This document shows positions 9,143 through 19,300 of a stretch of 64,000 bases of DNA, one piece after another. Source of the stretch: Verrucomicrobiota bacterium (GTDB lineage: Bacteria > Verrucomicrobiota > Kiritimatiellia > CAIQIC01). A program made the translations under genes and the position numbers. The stretch's first letter is position 1. Each line of letters starts with the position of its first letter. The notes beneath the pieces were generated by a model that saw only the letters and a list, made by a program, of their open reading frames with translations, ran no database searches and was not told where the DNA came from. The stretch lies in contig SCQF01000046.1 in the NCBI GenBank assembly GCA_004321905.1, positions 25,614-89,613 of the forward strand. Direction: 5' to 3'.

Positions 9143-12100
9143 TTATTCTGTTTTTTTCACCGGAGGGTTGTCGAGAATTTTGCGGACGGCGCCGAGCAGC
9201 GCGCTCAGCGGATAGGGTTTTTGCAGGAAGTGGAAACCTTTTTCTTCGATGGCGGCCCAGCGTGACCGTTCATCGGTGTAGCCGCTGCATAGGAGCACCG
9301 GTAAACCAGGCTGCTGGGCGAGAATTTTTTCGCTCAACTCGATGCCGTTGCCGTCGGGCAGCACGACATCGCTAAAGAGCAGATCAAACCGATGATCAGC
9401 ATGAGGGCAAGCCTGCACCGCTTCCTGCGCCGATGCGCAGGCGACGATGCTATAGCCGGCGGAGCGCAACACCTGCGCGGCCAAGGTGCGCACGCCCGGC
9501 TCGTCTTCCACCAACAGAATGCGCTCGCCATGACCATGCAGCGCCGCGGCCACAGGCGCGCCACCCTCCTCGTCCAGAACAGGGTCAACGCCGACATAGA
9601 CCGGCAGGTAGAGCTTGAAGGTGGTACCATGGCCGATTTGGGTAGACACATTGATCCAACCGTTATTTTGTTTGGCGACGCCATAACTGACGGCGAGGCC
9701 CAAGCCCGTGCCCTTGCCTTCCTTTTTGGTCGTAAAAAATGGCTCAAAAATGTGGGCCAATACGTCGGAACTCATGCCTGTGCCGGTATCGGAAACGGCC
9801 AGACAGACGAACCGGCCGCGGCGTACTTCGCGCATCACGGTTTTGTCCTGCCCCTCAAACTCCACGGTGGTCGTGCAAATGGTCAGCCGACCACCGTTGG
9901 GCATAGCGTCGCGGGCGTTGACGGCCATGTTCATGATGTATTGATCCATTTGCGCAGGATCAACCTTGACGCGCTTGAGCGCCGGGTCGAGTTGGGTTTC
10001 GAGTTCAATATCTTCGCCGAGCAAGCGGCGCAGCATTTTTCCCGTGCTGGTCACGACTTGATTCAAGTCCAGTACGCGCGGCGAAACCGCCTGCTTACGG
10101 CTAAACGCGAGCAGTTGCCGGGTCAAATCGGCCGCCCGCAAGGCCGCTTTCTGGATTTCGTGCAAATCATGCCATTGTGGATTCTGTTGGTCGGTGTCCG
10201 TGAGCAAAATTTCGGTGAAACCCAAAATTGCTTGCAACAAATTGTTGAAATCGTGGGCGACGCCGCCCGCCAGCCGGCCGATGGCGTCCATTTTCGAGGC
10301 CTGCTGGATTTGCTGTTGCATCTCCATCTCGTGGGTGATGTCGCGGGAGATGCCGACGAGGCCGCTGATCTGTCCCGCTTGATCCTTGATGGGTACCTTG
10401 GTAATGGAACTCCAGTGAACTTGGCCATCCGGCTGTACGACTTGTTCGACCTTGGCGATCAACGGTTGGCCGGTTTGCAAAATATGCTTTTCATCCGCAA
10501 AGATTTCCTGTGCGCGCTGGGGCGCCTGGAATTCAAAATCGGTACGCCCAATGACAGCCCTTGGATGCGTCAGCTTCAAATAGGTGGCGTGTGCCCGGCT
10601 GATCTTGGTGAAGCGAAGTTCACTGTCTTTGAAGTATACCTTGTCGGGGATGTTATCCATCAGGGCATAGAGCAGATTGCGCTCCTGAAGCACAGCCTCT
10701 TCTGCCTGTTTACGCGCGGTAATATCAACAATGGACCCCTCTAAGACACCTTGTTCACGATAAAGTTTTGCAGAAATAAGGCAGTCGCGCGCCTCCGCTT
10801 GTTTGTTCAGCATTTTGCATTCAAAATCCACCACGCGGCCATCGGTTTCGAGTTGGCGGACCATCTTTTCCCGCTCACGCGGATCGGCCCAATATATCAC
10901 CCCTTTTGAACCCAACAGCTCCTCCCGCGTACGGCCAAAAATCTCCAAATATTTCCTGTTCATGTCTAAAATCTGGGAACCATCCAGTTTCCCCCTGAAC
11001 ATACCCACCTCGGCATTGTCGAACAGGTTCCGAAACTTCTCCTCGCTCTGGCGCAACGCTATGACGGCCTGTTTTTGAGCCGTGATATCGCGGGCCACAT
11101 GCACGCTGCCGATGAGCTTGCCGGTGGCATCAAAAATCGGGTCGCAACTGATCAGGTAATCACCGCCCAGCTTGGATTCATGCACCTCCAATTCGTGAGA
11201 CTGGCCGTCCTTCATCAATTGGGCGTGCGGACAATGGTCAATCGGACAGATGGTACCATGAAGACATTCGTAACACGGACGTCCGCGGACCGCGTCTGGC
11301 GGTATCCCGATTTTATTTATCAACGCTTTGTTGGCACGCACAATACGATGATTCATGTCATGGATGGAAATCAGGTCCGGTACGGCATCGAACGTGCGTT
11401 CCCAATCTTCTTTGGCGCGAATCAATTCCGTTTCCGCGTACTTGGTCAGATAATCAAAATGGCTCACGAGCGCCTGCCGTTCTTGCACCACCGCCATTTG
11501 ACTCCGAAAAAAAATCTTTTTCTGGCGCTGATCCCAAGCCAACCAGATCAAACCCGGCATGACGAGCAACAACAGCCCCAGCAAGCCGGCAATTCGGGTG
11601 CGAAAACGAAGTGGGGCATAAATTTCTTCGGCATCCACCTTGGCGACCATGAACCACGGCGAATCCGGCACCCGCCGCGTGATGCTCAGCACGGGCACTT
11701 CACGATAATCCACGCCTTCGAAAACACCTTCGACGCCACGCACGACCAATGCGGCGGGAAGATTTGTTTTTGTGAGCGGATAGCGCAGCGCCAAAGCCGT
11801 GTTTTTTCGATGACGCAGCTCATTCAAAAACAAGACATCGCTGCCATCACGTCGCACCAACAGCGTTTCCGCCGAAGCACTGGACATCGGCCACGACTGA
11901 ATCAACGGGTACAGATATTCGTTGGGGTCTATGTTCATCAGGACCACGCCAACGCACTGCGTGGTCGCGCCACCAACCGCGGGCAACAGCAAAGGCGTAA
12001 ACAGGCTGAGATGAATCTCCCGCTCCCCATCATCGCAATAGAGATCGGATAGGTAGGCGTGGCGGGATCGCACCACCTCGGCAACCAGCTTGCGGCTGTT

Positions 12101-12526
12101 GGCGGTCAAACGCGGCAGAGCACCGCTGTCGCCCAAACGCACGACACCCTGCGCATCCACCAGCAGCACGTGGGTATATTTTTCGGCGCGCTGCACCGAC
12201 CGCAACCAGTACAGCAGGTCGTTTCGGCGTTGCATCTCGGCGGGATTGCCCAGAAATGTTTGGACCGAACGGATCAACTGCCGATCGCTCACGAGCAGGC
12301 CGGCATCACCCAGACGCTCTTCCCGCCAACGGACGATCTGCCGCACCTTCAGCTCGGCAATCGCCGTCAATTGCTGATAAATTTTCCCGCGCACCTCGGC
12401 TTGCTGCCGGCGAAAAAAGAAAAACGCACTCCCCAACGATGCGAGTGCGATGAAAGCGAAAACCGCCAGCGGCGCCCAAATCGATCTTCGCTGTTTATCG
12501 TTTACGGTCATGTTCTTACACCACAA
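9143..12526 (-). CDS. Hybrid sensor histidine kinase/response regulator with Cache-like sensor and 3 PAS domains
   Basis: 2 TM helices; PAS/PAC repeats; H-box [34 protein letters not shown]; receiver domain. Confidence 0.95.
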   Translation of the reverse strand: MWCKNMTVNDKQRRSIWAPLAVFAFIALASLGSAFFFFRRQQAEVRGKIYQQLTAIAELKVRQIVRWREERLGDAGLLVSDRQLIRSVQTFLGNPAEMQRRNDLLYWLRSVQRAEKYTHVLLVDAQGVVRLGDSGALPRLTANSRKLVAEVVRSRHAYLSDLYCDDGEREIHLSLFTPLLLPAVGGATTQCVGVVLMNIDPNEYLYPLIQSWPMSSASAETLLVRRDGSDVLFLNELRHRKNTALALRYPLTKTNLPAALVVRGVEGVFEGVDYREVPVLSITRRVPDSPWFMVAKVDAEEIYAPLRFRTRIAGLLGLLLLVMPGLIWLAWDQRQKKIFFRSQMAVVQERQALVSHFDYLTKYAETELIRAKEDWERTFDAVPDLISIHDMNHRIVRANKALINKIGIPPDAVRGRPCYECLHGTICPIDHCPHAQLMKDGQSHELEVHESKLGGDYLISCDPIFDATGKLIGSVHVARDITAQKQAVIALRQSEEKFRNLFDNAEVGMFRGKLDGSQILDMNRKYLEIFGRTREELLGSKGVIYWADPREREKMVRQLETDGRVVDFECKMLNKQAEARDCLISAKLYREQGVLEGSIVDITARKQAEEAVLQERNLLYALMDNIPDKVYFKDSELRFTKISRAHATYLKLTHPRAVIGRTDFEFQAPQRAQEIFADEKHILQTGQPLIAKVEQVVQPDGQVHWSSITKVPIKDQAGQISGLVGISRDITHEMEMQQQIQQASKMDAIGRLAGGVAHDFNNLLQAILGFTEILLTDTDQQNPQWHDLHEIQKAALRAADLTRQLLAFSRKQAVSPRVLDLNQVVTSTGKMLRRLLGEDIELETQLDPALKRVKVDPAQMDQYIMNMAVNARDAMPNGGRLTICTTTVEFEGQDKTVMREVRRGRFVCLAVSDTGTGMSSDVLAHIFEPFFTTKKEGKGTGLGLAVSYGVAKQNNGWINVSTQIGHGTTFKLYLPVYVGVDPVLDEEGGAPVAAALHGHGERILLVEDEPGVRTLAAQVLRSAGYSIVACASAQEAVQACPHADHRFDLLFSDVVLPDGNGIELSEKILAQQPGLPVLLCSGYTDERSRWAAIEEKGFHFLQKPYPLSALLGAVRKILDNPPVKKTE

Positions 12527-12586
12527 CGTTATGGTATAGAATAAGTTTCACATGTCAACCACGCGCGCGACCACCGCCGCGCGCCT

Positions 12587-12633
12587 TTCCAAGCCTTGGA
12601 AAAGTCCAGCCTCGGTTTTTCCAAGGCTTGGAA
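12587..12633. repeat. Palindrome doublet, intergenic
   Basis: Units at 12587 and 12619. Confidence 0.9.
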
Positions 12634-12677
12634 ACCGATGCCCGCATAGCGCGGTGGCGTTGAAATTGTTTTGGCCG

Positions 12678-12705
12678 TTGACATCGCGCGGGAAATCCAT
12701 ATAGT
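12678..12705 (+). promoter_or_regulatory. Putative sigma70 promoter of tRNA-Ala
   Basis: TTGACA-N16-TATAGT, 17 nt upstream of the tRNA. Confidence 0.7.
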
Positions 12706-12722
12706 CGCCCCCGCTTTCGGCT

Positions 12723-12798
12723 GGGGGGTTAGCTCAGTTGGGAGAGCGCCTGAATGGCATTCAGGAGGTCGGGAGTTCAACTCTCCTACCCTCCACCA
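12723..12798 (+). tRNA. tRNA-Ala(GGC)
   Basis: Cloverleaf, G3:U70 pair, anticodon loop ATGGCAT, encoded CCA. Confidence 0.97.
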
Positions 12799-12870
12799 AC
12801 CCCGAAAAGCGTTGAACATCTTTCCGACGACGACGGTCGAACACACTGAACTTGAGGAAAGGAAACCACC

Positions 12871-13563
12871 ATGTTTTTTGATCCGTTATATTTCAAGTTG
12901 GTGTTGCCGGGGTTGGCGCTGGCGCTACTGGCGACGTGGCTGACGAAAAGTACGTTTGCCAAGTATGCGCGCGTGGCGGCCTCATCCGGCTTGACCGGCG
13001 CAGAAGCGGCCGAGCGTTTGCTGGCTTCGCAGGGCATCAGCGGCGTCACGATCCGCGAGCATCAGGGTTTTCTGAGCGACCACTATGATCCGCGCGACCA
13101 AACGCTGAATCTCTCGCCCGAGGTCTATGGCTCCCGCTCGCTCGCAGCCATCGGCGTGGCGTGTCACGAAGCCGGCCACGCCATCCAGCACGCCAAACTC
13201 TATGCGCCGCTCAAACTACGCACGGAGTTGGTGCCGATCACAAACTTCGGCAGCAATTTTTCGTACATCATCTTTATTGCCGGCATGATGTTCCATTCGC
13301 CGATGCTGTTCAAAGTCGGCGTGCTGCTCTTCATGCTGACGGTGGTGTTCGCCATCGTCACGTTGCCGGTGGAATGGGACGCGAGTCGGCGCGCGAAGGC
13401 GCTGATGGTCCGCGCCGGCATTGTCACTCCGCAAGAACAAAGCGGCGCGGCCAGTGTGCTCAATGCCGCTTTTTTGACCTATGTGGCCAGCGCGGTGACG
13501 GCGCTGTTGACGCTGCTCTATTATCTGCTCCGCTCCGGCATGCTCGGCGGACGGCGGGATTGA
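12871..13563 (+). CDS. Membrane zinc metallopeptidase (YugP/Zn_peptidase_2 family)
   Basis: LSDHYDP, HEAGHAIQH, TLPVEWDASRRA and AAFLTYVA motifs. Confidence 0.92.
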   Translation: MFFDPLYFKLVLPGLALALLATWLTKSTFAKYARVAASSGLTGAEAAERLLASQGISGVTIREHQGFLSDHYDPRDQTLNLSPEVYGSRSLAAIGVACHEAGHAIQHAKLYAPLKLRTELVPITNFGSNFSYIIFIAGMMFHSPMLFKVGVLLFMLTVVFAIVTLPVEWDASRRAKALMVRAGIVTPQEQSGAASVLNAAFLTYVASAVTALLTLLYYLLRSGMLGGRRD

Positions 13564-13566
13564 AGG

Positions 13567-13956
13567 TTAGGTAGGGTCGGCGCTCCGAGCCGACCGCGGT
13601 GCGTTCAGAGAACACGCCCTGCTTTTGACGGCAGATGAATTGGTTCGCGTTTCCGTCGCGATCCATCGAAGAAATTGAGGGTTACCTTGCGCCAGGGGCA
13701 GCGTAACCACGCACGGTACATCGTAGCCATGCAGGGCGCGCACTTTCTGGATGACGCGTTGCGCCAGTGTGGCGCGCGTCTTGGCCAGCACCAACACTTC
13801 GCGGGACTTTTTCAGTCGCCCGCGCCACCAATAGAGCGACGCCATCGGCCCCACCATGTTGACGCACGCAACCAAGTGTTCACGTAGCAAAACCTGGCTG
13901 ATGCGGTTGGCTTCGGCCCGGGTGGCCGCTGTGATATAGACCAGTATAAATTTCAT
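13567..13956 (-). CDS. cutA: Divalent-cation tolerance protein CutA, with a REP-derived C-terminal tail
   Basis: LVACVN, SLYWWRG, E...KT, H.YDVPC motifs. Confidence 0.92.
   Translation of the reverse strand: MKFILVYITAATRAEANRISQVLLREHLVACVNMVGPMASLYWWRGRLKKSREVLVLAKTRATLAQRVIQKVRALHGYDVPCVVTLPLAQGNPQFLRWIATETRTNSSAVKSRACSLNAPRSARSADPT
13570..13622. repeat. GTAG-type REP doublet (REPIN-like)
   Basis: GGTAGGGTCGGCGCTCCGAGCCGACC...GCGTTCAGAGAACACGCCCTGC between convergent genes. Confidence 0.7.
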
Positions 13957-14012
13957 GGCAGTTGCTTGAAGTTTCTGCAGCATAGATTATGATTTTTCGC
14001 GCTGCGGGTAAA

Positions 14013-14558
14013 ATGAAAAACAGCGTGAACAAGATTTTTCGGCGGGCCGGATTGGTGGGTATCCTCTGGCTGGCAGGGTGCGCCTCGCTGCCGGAAGAAT
14101 ATCGCCCCCAAACCGTTGGTCCGCTGGATGATGGGCAGACCAACAACGGCGTGATCATTCAACTGGTCGCCCGCAATCGCACAACCCAGCTCGGCCAGCC
14201 GGTGGTTTTTCAAGTGGTGGTGCGCAACATCAGTAATCACGCCTTCTGGATTCCGCATAAGCCGCCGCAGGGATTCTTCTGGACCTTTCCAGATGGCCGA
14301 CATGATTGCTATTTCTTCGACCGTGAACAAGTGCGTTATTTTAGCAAAAATGATTGTGTTCTGCTCCAACCGGGGCATGAAATTGCGCTAACAGGACTGG
14401 TGGACACGGCAGCCTTTAGTCAGCTCGGGATCACCGAGTTTAGAGCCGAAATTGACGTTGCCCGAAATACTAACCCTGAATTGACGCCCTGCTGGTCGGG
14501 GCGCGCGTTTTCCAACTCGTTTGGTGTCCAATTGGTCCCCTACCAAACATCCAGGTGA
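14013..14558 (+). CDS. Hypothetical lipoprotein
   Basis: Signal peptide with LAGC lipobox; beta-rich body. Confidence 0.75.
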   Translation: MKNSVNKIFRRAGLVGILWLAGCASLPEEYRPQTVGPLDDGQTNNGVIIQLVARNRTTQLGQPVVFQVVVRNISNHAFWIPHKPPQGFFWTFPDGRHDCYFFDREQVRYFSKNDCVLLQPGHEIALTGLVDTAAFSQLGITEFRAEIDVARNTNPELTPCWSGRAFSNSFGVQLVPYQTSR

Positions 14559-14707
14559 ATCACCTTATCCGCACCACCGCTCACCCACTCATCAAATTGT
14601 AATCAACCGCTTCCTGATCACGCTCGCACACCGCAACACGGCGAGACTTGATTTGTGTCCGACAGGAAAGTAAGCTGCGCCCGCTTTTTGAAAAAAGGAG
14701 CACTATC

Positions 14708-15787
14708 ATGGCTAGAATTTATAATTTCAGTGCCGGTCCGGCCGTCCTGCCGCTCGCCGCGCTGGAAGAAGCGCAACGCGATCTCGTGGATTACAAAGGT
14801 TCCGGCATGTCCATCATGGAGATGAGCCATCGCGGCAAGGAATATGAAACGGTGCATAACGAAGCCGTGGAAAACATCCGCAAACTGCTCAAGTTGCCGG
14901 AAAATTATACCGTGATCTTCATGACCGGCGGCGCGACGGCGCAATTTGCATTGATCCCCATGAATTTGCGTGGCGAAGGCCGGGTTGCCGACTACATCAA
15001 TACCGGCGCGTGGGCCAGCAAGGCCATCAAAGAAGCCAAACTGTTGGGTAAGGTCAATGTGATCGCCGACACCGAGAAGGACATCCCGACGCGCCTGCCG
15101 GACGTGGCGGCGCTCAGGTTCACACCCGGCGCGGCCTATGTGCATATCACCTCGAACGAGACCATCGCTGGCACGCAGTGGAAAGCATTCCCCCAAACCG
15201 AAGCGCCGCTCATTGCCGATATGTCATCCGATATCCTTTCGCGCCCGATTGATGTGAACCAGTTTGGGTTGATTTACGCCGGTGCGCAGAAAAACCTCGG
15301 CCCGGCCGGTGTGACGGTGGTGGTGATCCGCAAAGACCTCGCTGAACGTGCCGGCGGAAAATATCCAATGATCCTCCGCTACAAGACACACTTGGAGGAG
15401 AACTCGCTACATAACACCCCGCCGTGTTTCGCCATTTATATGCTCGCGCTCTGCACGCGCTGGCTGCTCAACCTTGGCGGCGTTGACGCCATCACCAACA
15501 TCAACCGCGACAAAGCGGCGAAGCTATACGCGGCCATTGACGCCTCTGGTTTTTACAAAGGCGCTGCCGTCAAAGAATTTCGTTCCGATATGAACGTCAC
15601 CTTCCGCCTGCCCAGCGAGGCACTGGAAGAGCAGTTCGTCAAGGAAGCCGGCGCGCAAAAGCTCAAAGGGCTGAAGGGCCACCGTTCGGTCGGCGGCATC
15701 CGCGCTTCGATCTATAACGCCTTCCCCGTCGCCGGTGTGGATGCGCTCATCGCGTTCATGAAAGACTTTGAAAAACGCAACGGTTAA
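14708..15787 (+). CDS. serC: Phosphoserine aminotransferase
   Basis: YNFSAGPAVLP, EMSHR, GAQKNLGPAG and GHRSVGGIRASIYNA motifs; AAGGAG RBS. Confidence 0.98.
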   Translation: MARIYNFSAGPAVLPLAALEEAQRDLVDYKGSGMSIMEMSHRGKEYETVHNEAVENIRKLLKLPENYTVIFMTGGATAQFALIPMNLRGEGRVADYINTGAWASKAIKEAKLLGKVNVIADTEKDIPTRLPDVAALRFTPGAAYVHITSNETIAGTQWKAFPQTEAPLIADMSSDILSRPIDVNQFGLIYAGAQKNLGPAGVTVVVIRKDLAERAGGKYPMILRYKTHLEENSLHNTPPCFAIYMLALCTRWLLNLGGVDAITNINRDKAAKLYAAIDASGFYKGAAVKEFRSDMNVTFRLPSEALEEQFVKEAGAQKLKGLKGHRSVGGIRASIYNAFPVAGVDALIAFMKDFEKRNG

Positions 15788-15831
15788 GGTAAAAACTCCG
15801 CCGGCCTTGCTGTTACCATCCGGCAATTTGC

Positions 15832-15908
15832 GTGCCTGTAGCTCAACTGGATAGAGCGTTGGCCTCCGAAGCCAAAGGTTGTGGGTTCAACTCCCGCCAG
15901 GCACACCA
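15832..15908 (+). tRNA. tRNA-Arg(CCG)
   Basis: Cloverleaf, anticodon loop CTCCGAA, encoded CCA. Confidence 0.97.
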
Positions 15909-15922
15909 AACGAGCATACGTT

Positions 15923-16177
15923 GTGTACTTTGTCTATATCCTCCAGAGTTTACGCACGAACTGTTTTTACATCGGTACGACCGACGATTTAGTACGCCGT
16001 TTTCATCAGCACCAAACCGGTCGCAGCACCTATACCTGCAAATGCGGTCCGTGGTGGATGACCTACTACGAAATCCACGCCGATCGTTCATCCGCCCTCC
16101 ACCGCGAGCGCGAAATCAAACACTGGAAAAGTTCTACGCGCATCCAACGTTTAATCGCGGAATCGTTTCCGCCATGA
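15923..16177 (+). CDS. Stand-alone GIY-YIG nuclease family protein
   Basis: YFVYILQS...FYIGTTDDLVRRFHQH...ALHREREIKHWKS; GTG start. Confidence 0.9.
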   Translation: MYFVYILQSLRTNCFYIGTTDDLVRRFHQHQTGRSTYTCKCGPWWMTYYEIHADRSSALHREREIKHWKSSTRIQRLIAESFPP

Positions 16178-16178
16178 C

Positions 16179-16238
16179 AGAGCGCCCCGGCTACCGTAGC
16201 CGGGAAGGTTGTGGGTTCAACTCCCGCCAGGCACACCA
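16179..16238 (+). repeat. Duplicated 3' part of tRNA-Arg (pseudo-tRNA) with junction hairpin
   Basis: 16205-16238 is identical to 15875-15908; preceded by AGAGCG and hairpin CCCGGCTA-CCG-TAGCCGGG. Confidence 0.92.
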
Positions 16239-16242
16239 AGTT

Positions 16243-16289
16243 TTCCAAGGCTTGGAAAATTGAAACGACGCTTTTTCCAAACCTTGGAA
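16243..16289. repeat. Palindrome doublet, intergenic
   Basis: Units at 16243 and 16275. Confidence 0.9.
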
Positions 16290-16321
16290 AAGCGCACCGG
16301 AAAAGATAGAATCCCGCCACG

Positions 16322-19300
16322 ATGACTGGCCGCCGCTCCGAATCCGTGCTCGTGGTTCATCCCACGTCGCTTGCGCTCCGGCAACTCCAACGCCGCACGC
16401 TGACGCACGTAGGTTTCTTCGACGCGCGCGGTCACATCACCTTCGCCGGTTTGCTCAATAGCTGTGCCGAAGCTGCGCGGCAGGCCGGTTTGCTGGCGGG
16501 CCGAAGGTCGGCCTCGGATTTGGACTATGAAATGCTGCTACTGGAGACCGCCCAGCAGTTCCGTGCAAAATCCGCCGCCCAGCAAGGCCCGCTGGCCGCC
16601 CTCGCACAGCAAGCTTTGGAAGACACGCTTGACCAACTGATCGCCTTCCTCGCGCCGCTGGCCGATCGCATCGCCGATGCTCTCGCGATACTGGCGCGCG
16701 GCACACCCAAGAACCGCGCGCTCGCTACGCTCTATCAGGAGTTTCAAGCCGCTGCTAACGCGATGGACGTGAGCACAGAGGCCGATGAAAACGCAGCCAT
16801 TCTGCGCTTGTTGCGCGGTGACTGCACTGCGTGGCCCGCCGTCTTGCACGAAGCCACCGCCGTGCGCTTCGTCGCCGTACGTGCCATCACGCCGATGCTG
16901 GAAAGCGTCAGCCACGCGCTGGTCGGGAAACCAGGTGGCACACAGGTACAGATCGAGCATATTTTGGAAGAACACGAGCAGGAATGGTGGGGTGAAAAAT
17001 TCCTGGCGGGTTCCTGTCGGCTTTTGTTCGGAACGGAAAGCGCCGCCGAGGATGCCGCCTGCCATGCGGCGCAGACATGGAGCGTAGTCACCAGCCTACG
17101 CGAAGCCTACGCAATGCGCGATCCCGGCCTCGCCGCCGAAGCGCGCACGAACGTCGGCTTCTCCTGTTCCGCTGGTCTCTATGGTGAAGTGGAAGACCTC
17201 GCGCGCCGAATTTGCTGGGAATTGGAGCAACCGGACGCTCATCTGCGACCCGAAGAGATCGCGCTCGTCGTGCCCAACGTGGGCCAATATGCCGATGCCA
17301 TCGCTGACGTTTTCCAGCGCTTCCAGTTGCCCTATCACTTCCGCCGCGGCAATGCCGTGCTCGCCGCGCCGGTGACACAGGCGATTCTGCGCCTGCTGGA
17401 AGTTCGCGCCACGCGCAGTCGCGACGCTTTTTGTGCGTTGCTCGAAAGTCCGTGGCTGAAGTGGGAAAGAATACAGGAGACAGAATACAGAAGTCAGAAG
17501 CCAGAGGTCACTGAACAGCTATCCGCTATCCGCTATCCGCCATCTGCCCTCGCCGATTCCATCCGCCGCGCCGGGATTGAACCAGAAATGCCGGAGGCCG
17601 CGGTGCTCGCACTGCGTGTCCGTAATTTCCTCCTCGCTAAACGCCCGCCAGCAACGGACGCCCAAGCTATCGGCGATTTTGCGGCGCAAGTGTTTCGGCT
17701 GCTTTACGACAAAAACTCGGAACGTCGCCCACTCACCAAACTATGCAACCAACTGATCTCAGAACTTCGTCAAACGTTTGGCGTAGAAGGCCAAGTCCGG
17801 CAGTTTCTACAAAATAGTTTCGCGTCCGATGACCTCACGCGCCAAGCCGCGTTGTTCAATAGCCGCGCCTTGACCGCCGTCATCGCGCAACTGGAAACCC
17901 TCGGCAAACATAAGGCCGAGACCACAATGACGTGGGCCGAGCTGCTCGCGCTCTTGCGGCGCGTGTTGCGTAACGTGACGGTTGCCGCCGGCAGCGCCGA
18001 CGAGTCCGGCGTCTGGGTTCTCAATCCGCACGACGCGGCGGGCCTACATTTCCGCGTCACGCTCATCGCCGGGCTGAACGCCGGACGCTTCCCCGCCCTA
18101 CCCGCGCCCAGTCCGGTGTTTAGCGACGCCGAATTGCGGCAGTTGCGCGAGGCGTTGACCGCTTTACCGCAAACCGCGCTGGCACCGTCCGTGGCGCGGC
18201 GCAGCCAAGATAATCTGCTGTTTTTGACCACGCTGGCGACGGCGAGCGAACGGCTGGTGTTTTCCTATCAAAGCCGCGACGAAACAGGCGAAGAATTGCA
18301 ACCTTCAATCTGCTTTGCCACCGCATGGCGGCTCGCCGGCTGGCCAAGTTGGGAGAAGTTACCGTCGCAACCGCCTGATCCCTATGATCGCTGGCGCCTG
18401 AAGGTCGCGCCGGAAATTTTCCGCGAATTCTGGGAAGCCGCGCGAAACGGCAAGGACCTGCCCATCTGGCAACGTAAACCCTTTCACGGCGAATCGTTCC
18501 TCGCCACCCGCCCGCTGGCGCTCTGCCGTGCGGCGGATGAAGCGCGCCAACAAGCCGCACGTTCCCTTGCGGAGTGTAGGAGCCCGGCCCCTGCCGGGCG
18601 ACCTGCCGATGCCGTCAGCGAACTCGTCGCCCGCAGCCTGACGATGGAGGCGGAGCGCACCCGCATCTTCACGCAGCAGGCTTTGCAGCCAAACCAGCCG
18701 CCAGAACACGGCACGCGGTTCGTCGGTTCCATCACAGCCCAGACCTGGCAACAGGTACGCCCCAAACCGCGAACCATTCCGGATTTCAGCGCCACGGAAT
18801 TGGAGACGCTGGCGACCTGTCCCTATAAATACTATCTGCAACGTGTGCTCCACCTCGAAGCGCTCAAAACCAACGAACAGGAAGCTACGCCGCTCGCGCT
18901 CGGTAGTCTGGTGCACCGCGTGATGCACCATGCGCTGCTACTCCTGCGCGGTGATCCACCGCCGCCAGATGCCCCAGCCGTACTGGCCGACATCCGCCAC
19001 GGCTTCGCCGATCTATGCCGTCCGGCGTTTGCAGTGCAAACCACCGACCACCCGTGGCGCATTATGGTCAAGGGGCCCGGTCGTCCGGTGGTGCAATTCC
19101 AGCCGGATAAGACCGAGCATTACGCTGAATTTATGGCGGCGGTGGCCAACGCCGAACTCGAAGCCGAGGAACAAGCGCTGGCTAGCATGATGCTCGGCGC
19201 CATCGAGCAACGCGGCGTCGTACGAACCAACTTGATCGCCGGTTGCAACAATCTGCTCCGCTTGAGCCTGCAACCCGCCGAATTCGATAAATCCATGCTG

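Noticed and set aside
16179..16238. Second functional tRNA-Arg (likewise a second tRNA-Met at 53543-53597)
   Set aside because: The 5' acceptor strand and most of the D-arm are missing and the anticodon arm is replaced or interrupted.
15832..16238. Prophage or genomic island between tRNA att repeats
   Set aside because: Only 330 bp (379 bp at tRNA-fMet) separate the repeat starts, with no integrase or phage genes.
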